A stretch of DNA of 64,000 nt from Mycoplasmatota bacterium. Lineage in GTDB: Bacteria; Bacillota_I; Bacilli_A; RF39; UBA660. Position 1 is the stretch's first letter. Every line of letters begins with the position of its first letter. The notes under the pieces were generated by a model. The model saw only the letters and a list, made by a program, of their open reading frames with translations. It was not told the DNA's origin and ran no database searches. This document shows, piece by piece, positions 27,501-37,178 of the stretch. The position numbers and the translations under genes were made by a program. The stretch is from the NCBI GenBank assembly GCA_022771205.1, contig JALFCF010000003.1, forward strand, positions 200,085 to 264,084. The letters run 5' to 3'.

Positions 27501-28014
27501 TAGCTTTTTTCTGATTTGCTGTTAAAGAACCGCTTACATCATCGCTGACACCAGCAGAACGATCTTGATATAACCATATTGCTACCTGTGTCAAATAAGA
27601 ATCAACCCAATCCCCTTCATTACTCAATTTTTTTTCAGGATAACCATTCATCATAATATATGCATAACCAGCATCTAATTTTTCTGCTTTAACAATAGTA
27701 GTATCATTGTACCAATCTTTAGTTCTTTCCAAACAATACATATGATAAGTAGTATCTCCCTCAGTGGCAACAAAAGGCGTAAGTGAAATAATATCATCCC
27801 CACTAAGTTCAGGGAACAAATTAACTCGATAACCATCATCCGAATATAAAGTATTAGTAAGTAATTTTTCTGGTAAACTAGTACTAGCAGCAAAACTAAT
27901 TCCTAATATACTTCCAATCACAATAGAAAAGACAAATAACATAACAGCTATCGTGCTAAGTATTTTACTAGATTTACTCTCTTTTTTCCACCAACTCTTA
28001 ATCTTCTGAATCAT
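24511..28014 (-). CDS. thioester-domain adhesin with SpaA-like isopeptide Ig repeats and a sortase-type C-terminus
   Basis: Signal peptide; YCLE...TQVAIW thioester motifs; about 9 repeats of K(V/I)D...L.GA...E..AP.GY; VPNTS + TM + KRQG. Confidence 0.88.
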   Translation of the reverse strand: MIQKIKSWWKKESKSSKILSTIAVMLFVFSIVIGSILGISFAASTSLPEKLLTNTLYSDDGYRVNLFPELSGDDIISLTPFVATEGDTTYHMYCLERTKDWYNDTTIVKAEKLDAGYAYIMMNGYPEKKLSNEGDWVDSYLTQVAIWLYQDRSAGVSDDVSGSLTANQKKAIISSKYYSIINDLVTNALKQKEIYENIKPQFSISSSDFHLDSTFSYLETDFISVTSNIYYSSYKVALSMADAQLINKSGNVVQAGDSIAAGEPFKIRIPLDKLSSDKLSLQVDVIMDYQEYEAYQYRPTSHQDAMQLSIAAAVEATSKQASASTNLILPTGSLRIEKIAGNTNQLLAGAKIEVYREIGSDRKLVHSFDSTTEATTLTDLIPGKYTVVEKSAPSGYLVQSDSQSIILDTDDLNADFRLVNTPITVQIRKVDSDTNESLAGAVIKVVDEAGKEVYRFTSTDGYVTIPNLSVGKYQAIEVQAPDGYYLNTEPYDFSITEETTELSITMKDMKNQVEILKVDEESGDVLSGAVLRLVNTDTKEEIASWLTTDEAKIFTGLPAGNYQVEEVSAPEGYVQQTNTMPFTISNTQSKKVTIKFSNTKSEVMISKIDEAGKLLAGAKIVIYNEDGNKVKEFVSKSTPIVIEKLAVGHYTAKEVEAPAGYQLNPNPVSFEIKKDTKNLSVALKNTKKALYFGKIDADTGNYISGAELQLVDSDGDVVEKWISSNDLYMISGLDNGTYYLEEVSAPAGYVTSSERVKVVVNDNTTVSTYTLKNKKISVKIAKVDADTKEFVSGATLELLNSNYEVVDTWTTGNDYQMFNDLDEGIYYIKEVSAPAGYVINDSLESFTIDEENPNVEVSFKNKKTVVKLGKVDVSTGKYIAGATLKLSRVDGGMEDITFISEDKATVFRGLAAGSYILEEISAPAGYVGNDSNITFDIDAAGNTKNVALKSEFISISVQNKQLHIDTNGVSGYEFQLLSTDNQLIDTYKVSKNEFVSDTLTDGTYLLIQSKVPDGMILNSNPYTFTISDSNINDVVLFTNDYTKVQFDKKAMVGGEQLAGGHFILRDAKGDVVEEWDSTSTSKVINRLNPGTYTLSEVKAPNGYQLSSAPLTFKVFETSDVQVVSMFNAMEVEVPNTSKNTLLFWFIGFLLLFSGLSIFSYTYLKRQG

Positions 28015-28079
28015 AACTCTCACCCTACCTTGCATTAACTAAAGTATAGCATAAGAAAAAAAGCAAGTAAACGTTAAAA

Positions 28080-28772
28080 CTAAAAATTACCTACAACAGT
28101 TCTTAAACGTTTAATTACTTTTTTCTCTATTCTAGAAATATATGATTGAGAAATACCAAGTTTTTCTGCGACCTCTTTTTGTGTTAATTCATCATGACCT
28201 AATAACCCATATCGTAAAACTATAATATCTCTATCCCTTGGTTTTAATTTCATTACTTCTTGAAGCATTATTTTTTTATCACTTGCTTGTTCTATTTCCT
28301 TAGTAACAATATCAGCATCAGTTCCTAATACATCTTCTAAATGAAGTTCATTACCTTCACCATCTAAAGATAAAGATGCATCTATACTAACTTCCGTTTT
28401 TGTTTTTTTATTCTTTCTAAGATGCATTAATATTTCATTATCAATACAACGGGAAGCATAAGTAGCAAGTTTTATATTTTTTCCACTTTGAAACGTTTGA
28501 ATTCCTTTAATGAGTCCAATTGTACCAATACTTACTAAATCTTCTAAATCAACCCCTGTATTCTCATACTTTTTAGCTAAAAAAACAACTAATCTTAAAT
28601 TATGTTCAATCAACATATCTTTTGCAGAACTATCTCCACGCTGCATTCTTTCAATATATAATTCTTCCATTTCTTTTGATAAAGGTTCTGGAAGCATATC
28701 TGTTGCTCCTACATAAAAAATACTAGTAACTCTAAAAAACAAAGACTTAAACCAAGTAATAAATTTTCTCAT
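28080..28772 (-). CDS. sigE: sporulation sigma factor pro-sigma-E
   Basis: Pro-sequence, LPEPLS, NLRLVV..AKKYENTG, KLATYASRCI.NEILM, LGISQSYISRIEKK; downstream of spoIIGA. Confidence 0.93.
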   Translation of the reverse strand: MRKFITWFKSLFFRVTSIFYVGATDMLPEPLSKEMEELYIERMQRGDSSAKDMLIEHNLRLVVFLAKKYENTGVDLEDLVSIGTIGLIKGIQTFQSGKNIKLATYASRCIDNEILMHLRKNKKTKTEVSIDASLSLDGEGNELHLEDVLGTDADIVTKEIEQASDKKIMLQEVMKLKPRDRDIIVLRYGLLGHDELTQKEVAEKLGISQSYISRIEKKVIKRLRTVVGNF

Positions 28773-29539
28773 AAATCCTCCTTAAAAACACTAGGTAAAA
28801 TACAATCAACACTCCCTAAAGCAAACTTATCATTACTAAATCCTATTAGGCATTTAGAAAACTCCACATTGCAAATTTTTACCAGTTCAACCTTTGAACA
28901 TCGAATCACTCCTTCTGTATTTAATGCCTTATATGGAACATAAAAATAATTAGAAATAGGAATATCTACATTAGCATTGAGTAAAATTACACTTTTACCC
29001 GTAGTAGGATCCCTAAGTTGATTACCAGTATCTAACATTCCCCTTAATCGATATACCTTTTCATCTTTATAAATTTCTACAGTATACAATAAAGAATTTT
29101 GCAATTTAGTTTTTTTAGAGTTTTTCACATAAAAACATAAAAATATAGGAGAAAGAATCAAAACGGCAACTAAATTAAGACCCAATCCTGAACCATAAAA
29201 TAAAACACCTTTATTTTGATAAGTAAAATTAATATCTAATAAATATAAAAATCCTCCTAAAATAATACTAATTAAGTAAAAATAAAGAAAGTCAGAAAAA
29301 AAGTTATTTTTCCCAAAAGTAATTAATACAATTAATATACTGATAATCACTTTACATATAAACAATATAAAATTTGAGAGTGATAGAAATAAAAGAAAAA
29401 TAGTGAGACTTCCAAAAAAACTACCTAAAACAATTCTTTTAATAGAAGTTGTTTCTTTTAAAACCAATTTAGTTGCATATAAAATTAAGAAATCAAAGAA
29501 AAAATTAATGAAAAAGACCAAATCCAAATACACTTTCAT
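28769..29539 (-). CDS. spoIIGA: sigma-E processing peptidase SpoIIGA
   Basis: VYLDLVFFINFFFDFLIL N-terminus, 5 TMs, GMLDTGNQLRDP aspartic protease motif. Confidence 0.93.
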   Translation of the reverse strand: MKVYLDLVFFINFFFDFLILYATKLVLKETTSIKRIVLGSFFGSLTIFLLFLSLSNFILFICKVIISILIVLITFGKNNFFSDFLYFYLISIILGGFLYLLDINFTYQNKGVLFYGSGLGLNLVAVLILSPIFLCFYVKNSKKTKLQNSLLYTVEIYKDEKVYRLRGMLDTGNQLRDPTTGKSVILLNANVDIPISNYFYVPYKALNTEGVIRCSKVELVKICNVEFSKCLIGFSNDKFALGSVDCILPSVFKEDL

Positions 29540-29555
29540 CTCTATCACCAAAATA

Positions 29556-29591
29556 AGTATAAAAAAAAGAAATGACTAAACTTGTCATTTC
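29556..29591 (-). promoter_or_regulatory. spoIIG-type long-spacer promoter overlapping an intrinsic terminator
   Basis: Minus strand ATGACA-N21-TATACT; the same bases form GAAATGAC-N7-GTCATTTC followed by T8. Confidence 0.55.
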
Positions 29592-29602
29592 TTGAACCTA
29601 CT

Positions 29603-29917
29603 TTAAATTTTTTTCTTATGAATAAATATTTTAATAATATAACTTAAGAAAATACACATTAAAATTACAAATACCCACTGTAAAATAGTATTAATAATAC
29701 CATTACAATATTTATCAATAATAGCAGGTATACTAGCAGGAATGTACTTACCAATTAATGCACTAACATCGGGTAACCCAATATTATTTTTTATGAATGT
29801 TAAAATTCTAAGCAAAATATCAACAATTGCCATAAAAAAGACAAAAGAAGAAAAACGCTTAAAAAACATAATAACAATAATCATCAAAATAACTAAAACA
29901 ACAACATCTATATACAT
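29603..29917 (-). CDS. hypothetical membrane protein
   Basis: 104 aa, 2-3 hydrophobic helices, AGGAG RBS. Confidence 0.75.
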   Translation of the reverse strand: MYIDVVVLVILMIIVIMFFKRFSSFVFFMAIVDILLRILTFIKNNIGLPDVSALIGKYIPASIPAIIDKYCNGIINTILQWVFVILMCIFLSYIIKIFIHKKKI

Positions 29918-29928
29918 ACAAGAACTCC

Positions 29929-30456
29929 TTAACTTAAATATGGATTATGAGTAAGTTCATAATCTAATGTAGTAACTTCCCCATGACCAGGGTATAAAGT
30001 AATTTCCTTAGAATATTTTTTTAATCTTTCAAGACTATTTTTCATTTCTATTTCGCTTCCCCCTGGTAAATCACATCTACCAATAGATTCCTGAAAAATA
30101 AAATCTCCTACAAACATTTTATTCTCTTCTGGAAAATAAAAACTAATAGAATCTTTAGAATGACCAGGAGTAAAAATAACTTGAAATTTAAAATCTCCTA
30201 CAGTAACCATTTCATCATCAGAAACACTACTCTTTTTAAAGATTTTAATACTTCTTTTAGTTAAAAAATTTCGTAAAGCTCCAATATGATCAAAATGGGA
30301 ATGAGTAAGTAATACAGCTAACACTTTATCATCACCAACAACATCCTTAATTTTTTGATAATCATCTCCTGGATCTATAACTAAGCAAGTATTATCTTTT
30401 TTTATTACATAACAATTTTCATCAAGTAATCCTGTAACAATCTTTTCTATTTTCAT
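29929..30456 (-). CDS. MBL-fold metallo-hydrolase (glyoxalase II-like)
   Basis: IDPG, LTHSHFDHIG, TPGHS, VGDFIF, PGHG. Confidence 0.93.
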   Translation of the reverse strand: MKIEKIVTGLLDENCYVIKKDNTCLVIDPGDDYQKIKDVVGDDKVLAVLLTHSHFDHIGALRNFLTKRSIKIFKKSSVSDDEMVTVGDFKFQVIFTPGHSKDSISFYFPEENKMFVGDFIFQESIGRCDLPGGSEIEMKNSLERLKKYSKEITLYPGHGEVTTLDYELTHNPYLS

Positions 30457-30485
30457 CTTTTATCACCTATTCCAATATAACATAA

Positions 30486-31577
30486 TTAAGATGCCTGTTC
30501 AAGCGTACGACTAATATAGGCATAATGATAATGATTATCCAACTTAAAAGTATAAACATAAATTCCACTCTTTAAACTATCAGGCACACTAGTTTGAGCA
30601 CTGTAATAACGAACCTTTTCTCTTAAAGTAATAGTATCTCCTTGAACTGAAGCAGATACCAATTCTTTATCAGCATTATACGTAGTCGTAGGAACTTGAC
30701 CACAATACCCTTTTACATATTCACCACGATCAGCAATATACTGATATCCACCAAAACAGCTATTACCCAAAACTATGTTTTGATTTTCTATAGTCACACT
30801 CTCACCAAATAATTTTCTAACCTCTTCCTGTAAAGTATCTTCTGAAAAAGCCAGTGGAACAAAATTAGTAGCACCAGAACAAGTAAAATTTGACATAGAA
30901 TTTTCATTAAACAAATTACAGTTAGACTCATAAATTTCAGAATTTGGTATTTGTCTAAAAGCTAAATATAACTTCAATGTATCATCAAAGGTATTATAAG
31001 CCAAATCCTCGCGAACAGTCGTTTTAACTTTATTGTATAACTCTTGTACAATAGAAGAGTCCAAACTTAATTCTCTTAAACTATTATCACTTGCTACTAA
31101 AGGACTACATTCACCACGAGCTTGATCTTTCTGATAGTCCATATAAATATAAGCACCCATTCCTATAATAATCACAATAAGTAAAAATATCAAAGTACCT
31201 CTACCCTTGCGAGATTTTTTAGAAGGTACTGTAGAAGCAGGTAATGGGTTAGGAGTTTCCACTGCTGGAGGAGGAGTAACACTAGTAGCTGAGGTAACCT
31301 CAACTCTAGGAGTCACCACCGTAGGATTAATCAAAGGTGCTTTAGTCTGTTGTACCAGATTTGGTGTAGCAACTCCAGTATTATTAGTAGCTACATTAAC
31401 TCTTCCTTTATCAGCCGCACTAGCATCACGAGCACCTTCCGTTACTGGAGCAATCACAATTCCCGGACTACCAGCTAACATTCTATTATCACTTGCATTT
31501 AAAGTACTATTAACAGTAGAAGCAGTACTTGCTTCCCCAGTTGTAGAAGTAACTGTTTTGTTTTCCTCTTGATTCAT
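30486..31577 (-). CDS. hypothetical single-pass membrane protein with a Thr/Pro-rich N-terminus
   Basis: About 125-aa low-complexity region, KKSRKGR + TM, Cys-containing external domain. Confidence 0.8.
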   Translation of the reverse strand: MNQEENKTVTSTTGEASTASTVNSTLNASDNRMLAGSPGIVIAPVTEGARDASAADKGRVNVATNNTGVATPNLVQQTKAPLINPTVVTPRVEVTSATSVTPPPAVETPNPLPASTVPSKKSRKGRGTLIFLLIVIIIGMGAYIYMDYQKDQARGECSPLVASDNSLRELSLDSSIVQELYNKVKTTVREDLAYNTFDDTLKLYLAFRQIPNSEIYESNCNLFNENSMSNFTCSGATNFVPLAFSEDTLQEEVRKLFGESVTIENQNIVLGNSCFGGYQYIADRGEYVKGYCGQVPTTTYNADKELVSASVQGDTITLREKVRYYSAQTSVPDSLKSGIYVYTFKLDNHYHYAYISRTLEQAS

Positions 31578-31580
31578 AAA

Positions 31581-32474
31581 TTATCTCCCCTTTTTTAACA
31601 TTCCAATTTTTCTATGACCCACATGCTGTGTTGATTTAATATGATTACCAATAATATCAGAGACTTCCAAAATAGTAATAAATGCACTTTCATCCATCTC
31701 TTCTGCAATATGACGAAGTTCATATATTTCAATTCTAGTAAGTACACAATATAAAACTTCTTTATCACCACTAATTAAACCTTTTCCACGAATAGTAGTA
31801 ACAGTACGACCAAGTCTTTTATAAATTTCTTTCGCCATATCAGTACCTTTTTCAGTAACAATTAAAGCTGCTTTAACTTGCTCAAACCCTTCAGAAACTA
31901 GATCAATTACTTTAAATGTAATAAAATAAGTAAGTAAAGAATACATCGCACGATCAATTCCAAAAATAAGTCCTGCCACACTATAAATAACCAAATTAAA
32001 AAGTAAAACAACCTGTCCTACAGATAATGTAGTCTTTTTGCTAACAACTAAGGCAACAGATTCAGTACCATCAACACACCCACCAAAATGTATAACAATA
32101 CCAACACCAATACCAAGTAATACACCACCATAAACCGTTGCTAAAAGCATCTGTTCAGTAATAGGCTCAAAATATTGAAAAACAGATAAACTACAAGAAA
32201 AAAGTATCATACTGTAAATAGCCCTAACTAAAAAGCCACGTCCTAAATTCTTATAACCAACATAAATAAATGGAATATTCAGAACTAATACCAGCAAACT
32301 GACTGGTAACGTTGTTAATTTAGAAACAATAATAGAAACACCTGTAACTCCTCCATCTAAAATAGTGTTAGGAATCAAAAAGTTTTCTAATGCAAAAGCG
32401 GCCAAAACAGAACCCAAAGTAAGCATAATAAAAGAAAAAGTTGTTTTAGCTTTTTGTGCTTTAACCTTTAACAA
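31581..32474 (-). CDS. YitT family membrane protein
   Basis: ILDGGVTGVSII, LNIPFIY.GYK.LG, GGCVDGTE, DESAFITI.EV. Confidence 0.9.
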   Translation of the reverse strand: MLKVKAQKAKTTFSFIMLTLGSVLAAFALENFLIPNTILDGGVTGVSIIVSKLTTLPVSLLVLVLNIPFIYVGYKNLGRGFLVRAIYSMILFSCSLSVFQYFEPITEQMLLATVYGGVLLGIGVGIVIHFGGCVDGTESVALVVSKKTTLSVGQVVLLFNLVIYSVAGLIFGIDRAMYSLLTYFITFKVIDLVSEGFEQVKAALIVTEKGTDMAKEIYKRLGRTVTTIRGKGLISGDKEVLYCVLTRIEIYELRHIAEEMDESAFITILEVSDIIGNHIKSTQHVGHRKIGMLKKGR

Positions 32475-32564
32475 CTACACCACTCCCTATCTTATATAAT
32501 TATATACTGAATTAAAAAATCTCTCAATAAAAATTTATAAAAAAAATACAAAAGAAAAAGGAGA

Positions 32565-34397
32565 TTACTCTCCCACTTCTTCAAACTGTGAATTATATAA
32601 ATTAGCATAGAAGCCATTTTTCTTAAGCAATTCATCATGAGTTCCTTGTTCAATAATATCTCCATCGTTCATAACCAAAATCAAATCAGCATTTTTAATA
32701 GTACTTAAACGGTGAGCAATAATAAAACTAGTTCTTCCTTCCATAAGCCTATCCATAGCTTTTTGAATTAATTCTTCTGTACGAGTATCAACACTACTTG
32801 TAGCCTCATCTAAAATCAATATTTTAGGATCCGCTAAAATGACACGAGCAATAGTAAGCAATTGCTTTTGTCCACCAGATACATTATCTGCTTCTTCATT
32901 TAAAACCATATTATACCCATCAGGTAAGGTTTTAATAAAGTGATCAACACTAGCAGTATGGCATGCCTCTTTTACTTCAGTATCTGTTGCATCTAGCTTT
33001 CCATACTTAATGTTGTCTTTAATTGTACCATTAAATAACCAAGTATCTTGTAAAACCATACCAAACATACGACGAATATCACTACGATTAAATTCTGTCA
33101 TATCATGACCATCAATCAAAATACGACCACCATTTAATTCATAAAAACGCATAAGTAATTTAACAATAGTTGTTTTACCTGCCCCGGTAGGACCAACAAT
33201 AGCAATTTTTTGACCATCCTTAACCTTAGCACAGAAATCATGAATAATAATTTTATTTTTATTATATCCAAAAGTAACATGATCGAATTCAATATTGCCA
33301 TGTAAGCCTTCTGTAGATAATGGATTATCAATCTCTTGTACTTCTTCTTTCAAAGCCAAGAAATCAAATATTCTCTCACTAGCAGCAACAGCTGATTGAA
33401 CAGTATTCATAACTTGCGATAATTGATTGATTTGTTGAGTAAAGTTACGTACATACTGAGTAAATGATAAAATATCTCCAACCTCAATACGATCTTTAAT
33501 AACCATATATCCACCTAAGATTGAAATAACAACATATCCTAAGTTACCAATAAATTGCATAATAGGATGCATAGTAGTAGATAAGAACTGACTCTTCCAT
33601 GCACTACGATATAATGTTTTATTAATTTCATCAAACTTTTCAATTGCTTTTTCTTCTCCATTAAAAGCCTTAACAATATCATGACCACCATAAATTTCTT
33701 CTACGTGACCATTAATATGCCCTAAATAATCTTGCTGCATAGCAAAATACTTTTGACTCTTCTTAACAACGATATTTAACACAAACATACAAATAGGAAT
33801 AATCAACACAGCAGCAATAGTCATTGGAATATTAATAGATATCATCATTATAAAAATTCCGATAATAGTAGCTATACTAGTAATAATTGTAGTAATAGAT
33901 TGATTTAATGCTTGTGATAAAGTATCAATATCATTAGTAACAATAGATAATACTTCACCATGAGTCTTTGTATCAAAATACTTCATAGGAAGTTTATTAA
34001 TTTTTTCACTCAAAGAATTACGCAAACGATACGAAATATCATTAGATATCCCTGTCATAACAACTCCTTGAATACCAGAAAATAATGCACTAACAATATA
34101 TAAACCAATTAAAACAATAACAGTATGGTTAATAAAATCAAAATCAACACCACCAGTATTAGAGATTTTTCTCATTAATCCATTAAATATCTCTGTCGTA
34201 ATATTTCCTAAAATTTTAGGCCCAACAATAGTAAGGACGGTAGAACCAATTGCAAATACCACAACGAAAAACATTGCAAGCTTATAATCTTTTAAATAAG
34301 ATAGAAGTTTCTTTAATGTTTTTCCAAAATTCTTTACTTTTTCTGGAGCACCATTTCCACCAGGACCACCTGGACCACCATGACCAAAACTAGGCAT
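32565..34397 (-). CDS. ABC exporter, fused permease/ATPase (consensus-site half)
   Basis: GPTGAGKT, VSGGQKQ, LILDEATSS, IAHRLST. Confidence 0.95.
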   Translation of the reverse strand: MPSFGHGGPGGPGGNGAPEKVKNFGKTLKKLLSYLKDYKLAMFFVVVFAIGSTVLTIVGPKILGNITTEIFNGLMRKISNTGGVDFDFINHTVIVLIGLYIVSALFSGIQGVVMTGISNDISYRLRNSLSEKINKLPMKYFDTKTHGEVLSIVTNDIDTLSQALNQSITTIITSIATIIGIFIMMISINIPMTIAAVLIIPICMFVLNIVVKKSQKYFAMQQDYLGHINGHVEEIYGGHDIVKAFNGEEKAIEKFDEINKTLYRSAWKSQFLSTTMHPIMQFIGNLGYVVISILGGYMVIKDRIEVGDILSFTQYVRNFTQQINQLSQVMNTVQSAVAASERIFDFLALKEEVQEIDNPLSTEGLHGNIEFDHVTFGYNKNKIIIHDFCAKVKDGQKIAIVGPTGAGKTTIVKLLMRFYELNGGRILIDGHDMTEFNRSDIRRMFGMVLQDTWLFNGTIKDNIKYGKLDATDTEVKEACHTASVDHFIKTLPDGYNMVLNEEADNVSGGQKQLLTIARVILADPKILILDEATSSVDTRTEELIQKAMDRLMEGRTSFIIAHRLSTIKNADLILVMNDGDIIEQGTHDELLKKNGFYANLYNSQFEEVGE

Positions 34398-36564
34398 TCT
34401 CTAACTCCTCCTTACTTAACTGTGATAAAGCTATTTCTTTATACACATTACAATTTTTCATCAACTCTTTGTGAGTTCCGATACCAACAACACGTCCTTC
34501 ATCTAAAACAACAATTTTATCTGCATTCATAATAGTAGAAATACGTTGTGCAACAATTAAAACTGTTTTATTCTTTGTAATTTTAGAAAGTTCACCACGA
34601 AGTTTAGCATCTGTTTTAAAATCTAATGCTGAAAAACTATCATCAAACACATAAATATCCGGATTTTTAGCAATCGCTCTCGCTATAGATAAACGTTGCT
34701 TTTGACCACCAGAAACATTAGTACCACCCTGACTAATGTCATAGTCTACTCCACCTTTAAGTTTTGAAACAAACTCTGTTGCCTGACTAACATCCAAAGC
34801 CTTTTCAACATCTTCATCTGTAATATGTTCATTACCATATTTAATATTATCTTTAATAGTACCAGTAAATAAAACTCCTTTTTGAGGAACAAAACCGATT
34901 TTATCACGAAGTTCATGTAAATCAACATCCTTGATGTTAACACCATCAACTAAAAGTTCACCATCAGTAACATCATAAAATCTTGGTATTAGATTAATTA
35001 AAGTAGATTTACCACTACCAGTAGATCCAATAAAAGCAGTTGTTTCACCTGGATTTGCAACTAAATCAATATCAGTAATAACATCATAATCAGCATCTGG
35101 ATAACGGAAACTTACATTCTTAAATTCAATTTTTCCCTTTTTATCAGGATCAAACTTTACTAAATTTTTACTATTATAAATAGTATCTGGAGTTTCTATT
35201 ATTTCCATAATACGTTTAGCAGAAACATTAGCACGTGGCAACATAATAGACATCATAGAAATCATTAAAAAAGCCATAATAATTTGCATTGTATACTGAA
35301 TATAAGCCATAATATCTCCTACTTGCATAGCACCAGTATCTACACCCTTAGCTCCTTGATATACAATTACTAAACATACAAGATTCATAACTAACATCAT
35401 AACAGGCATCATAAAGCTCATTGCTCTATTAATAAATAAGTTAACTTTTGTAAGTCTTTTATTTGCTTCTTCGAATCTTTCTTCCTCATGTTTTTCATTA
35501 GAAAAAGCACGAATAACTGGTAAACCAGATAGAATTTCACGAGTAACAAGATTTAATTTATCTATTAATTTTTGTACTCTATTAAATTTAGGCATAGCAA
35601 TACAAAACAAAGTGATAACAACAGCTAAAATAGCAGCCACTGCAACACCAATAATATATGTCATATCAGCATTTGTGTTCATAGCTTTCATAACTCCACC
35701 AATACCAATAATTGGCGCATAAAAAACAACACGTAGTAAGAAGACAACAACCATCTGAACTTGTTGAACATCATTTGTTGTTCTAGTAATCAATGAAGAT
35801 TGACCATAAGTTTTGATTTCATTTTTAGAAAAACCAACAACTTTAGTAAATACTTTATGTCTAAGAGTTTTAGCAAGTCTTGCAGCCATACGAGAACCAA
35901 TAAATACAATTAAAATACCTACTGCCATAGCAGCAAACGCAATACTTAACATAATAAATCCAACTTTTAAGATATACATAGTTTGAATATGATCAGTATC
36001 AACACCAATTCTTTCATATTCAGATTTAACATAACTAACAGCGGCTTGATCAATAATAGTATCTGGAATATCTTCTATTTTTTTATCAATTTGTTTTAAC
36101 ATAGCACTACGCTCTGTATCATTCATTAAACTAAGCGCTTGTGAAAGAGTCATCTCCTCTGGCAAATCAAAAGAAACAGAACTATCCGAATCAGAACTAT
36201 TTTCTTGTGAAGCATAAGACAAAATCATCATTGGTTCAGCCATAATAGAACTAACTTTATTAATATCACTATCTTCTTTTAGTTCATAAATTGCTTCACC
36301 CTTATATGTATCTGATTTTTCATAGTGATTAATAATATACTTTTGATCTTCCTTATCCATAAGTAAAACTAAAGTATTAAGGGTATCTTCACCAATCTTC
36401 TCAATTGCAGCATTTTCAATACCACCTTGTTGTACACCAACATTAACTATCTTAGATGTGTAATCAGGTAATGTTAAATCTAAGTATGCTTGTACAAACA
36501 ACAATAACACAACCGCAATAACTGAAAATATAGAACTTTTCAAATACTTAAAGACTTTTAACAT
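34390..36564 (-). CDS. ABC exporter, fused permease/ATPase (degenerate-site half) with an enlarged external loop
   Basis: GSTGSGKS, VSGGQKQR, FDDSFSALD and VAQRIST (degenerate Walker B and switch). Confidence 0.95.
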   Translation of the reverse strand: MLKVFKYLKSSIFSVIAVVLLLFVQAYLDLTLPDYTSKIVNVGVQQGGIENAAIEKIGEDTLNTLVLLMDKEDQKYIINHYEKSDTYKGEAIYELKEDSDINKVSSIMAEPMMILSYASQENSSDSDSSVSFDLPEEMTLSQALSLMNDTERSAMLKQIDKKIEDIPDTIIDQAAVSYVKSEYERIGVDTDHIQTMYILKVGFIMLSIAFAAMAVGILIVFIGSRMAARLAKTLRHKVFTKVVGFSKNEIKTYGQSSLITRTTNDVQQVQMVVVFLLRVVFYAPIIGIGGVMKAMNTNADMTYIIGVAVAAILAVVITLFCIAMPKFNRVQKLIDKLNLVTREILSGLPVIRAFSNEKHEEERFEEANKRLTKVNLFINRAMSFMMPVMMLVMNLVCLVIVYQGAKGVDTGAMQVGDIMAYIQYTMQIIMAFLMISMMSIMLPRANVSAKRIMEIIETPDTIYNSKNLVKFDPDKKGKIEFKNVSFRYPDADYDVITDIDLVANPGETTAFIGSTGSGKSTLINLIPRFYDVTDGELLVDGVNIKDVDLHELRDKIGFVPQKGVLFTGTIKDNIKYGNEHITDEDVEKALDVSQATEFVSKLKGGVDYDISQGGTNVSGGQKQRLSIARAIAKNPDIYVFDDSFSALDFKTDAKLRGELSKITKNKTVLIVAQRISTIMNADKIVVLDEGRVVGIGTHKELMKNCNVYKEIALSQLSKEELENA

Positions 36565-37154
36565 TATTTTTCCTCCTTATAAATTCCATAACATAATATA
36601 TCAACTTTACCCCTATACTGTTCTCTAACAATAGGAATATTAGTGGATTTAACTGCTTCTGTAATTCCAAATAATAAGTTATGCATAAACAAATGGAAAA
36701 CAAATTCCAAATCACTAGATTTTAAACTTTCTAGTGAAATAACATCTTTTACATACAAAAACAAATCATGACCAGGTCTTTCAAACTTTTCTTTATAAAT
36801 AGAAAAATATAAAAATATATTTTTCAAAAAGCGTGATAACTGGTACTCTTCAATCCTTTGCACAAGCATATCAAACAATTGTAAAAAAGATTCTCTCATA
36901 TCCCCATTGCAAGAAACAATAACTTCCCTAGTCATTTCATTTAACACTTTTTTATTCAACTCTAAAATATAGGAAAATAAATCATTCTTATCAATAAAAT
37001 AAGTATAAAAACTACCCCTAGAAATTTCAGCAGCCTGAGTAATTTTATTAATTGAAACTTCTGTATATGGAACAGTACAAAACTCTCTTTTTGCCACTTC
37101 CAATAATTTTTGTTGTTTACTAATATCTAAATTTAAAAAAGTTTGACTAGGCAT
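36564..37154 (-). CDS. TetR/AcrR family regulator
   Basis: VSINKIT.AAEISRGSFYTYF.DK.DL HTH; first gene of the ABC operon. Confidence 0.92.
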   Translation of the reverse strand: MPSQTFLNLDISKQQKLLEVAKREFCTVPYTEVSINKITQAAEISRGSFYTYFIDKNDLFSYILELNKKVLNEMTREVIVSCNGDMRESFLQLFDMLVQRIEEYQLSRFLKNIFLYFSIYKEKFERPGHDLFLYVKDVISLESLKSSDLEFVFHLFMHNLLFGITEAVKSTNIPIVREQYRGKVDILCYGIYKEEK

Positions 37155-37178
37155 CTATATCACCTCTAAACACTCACC

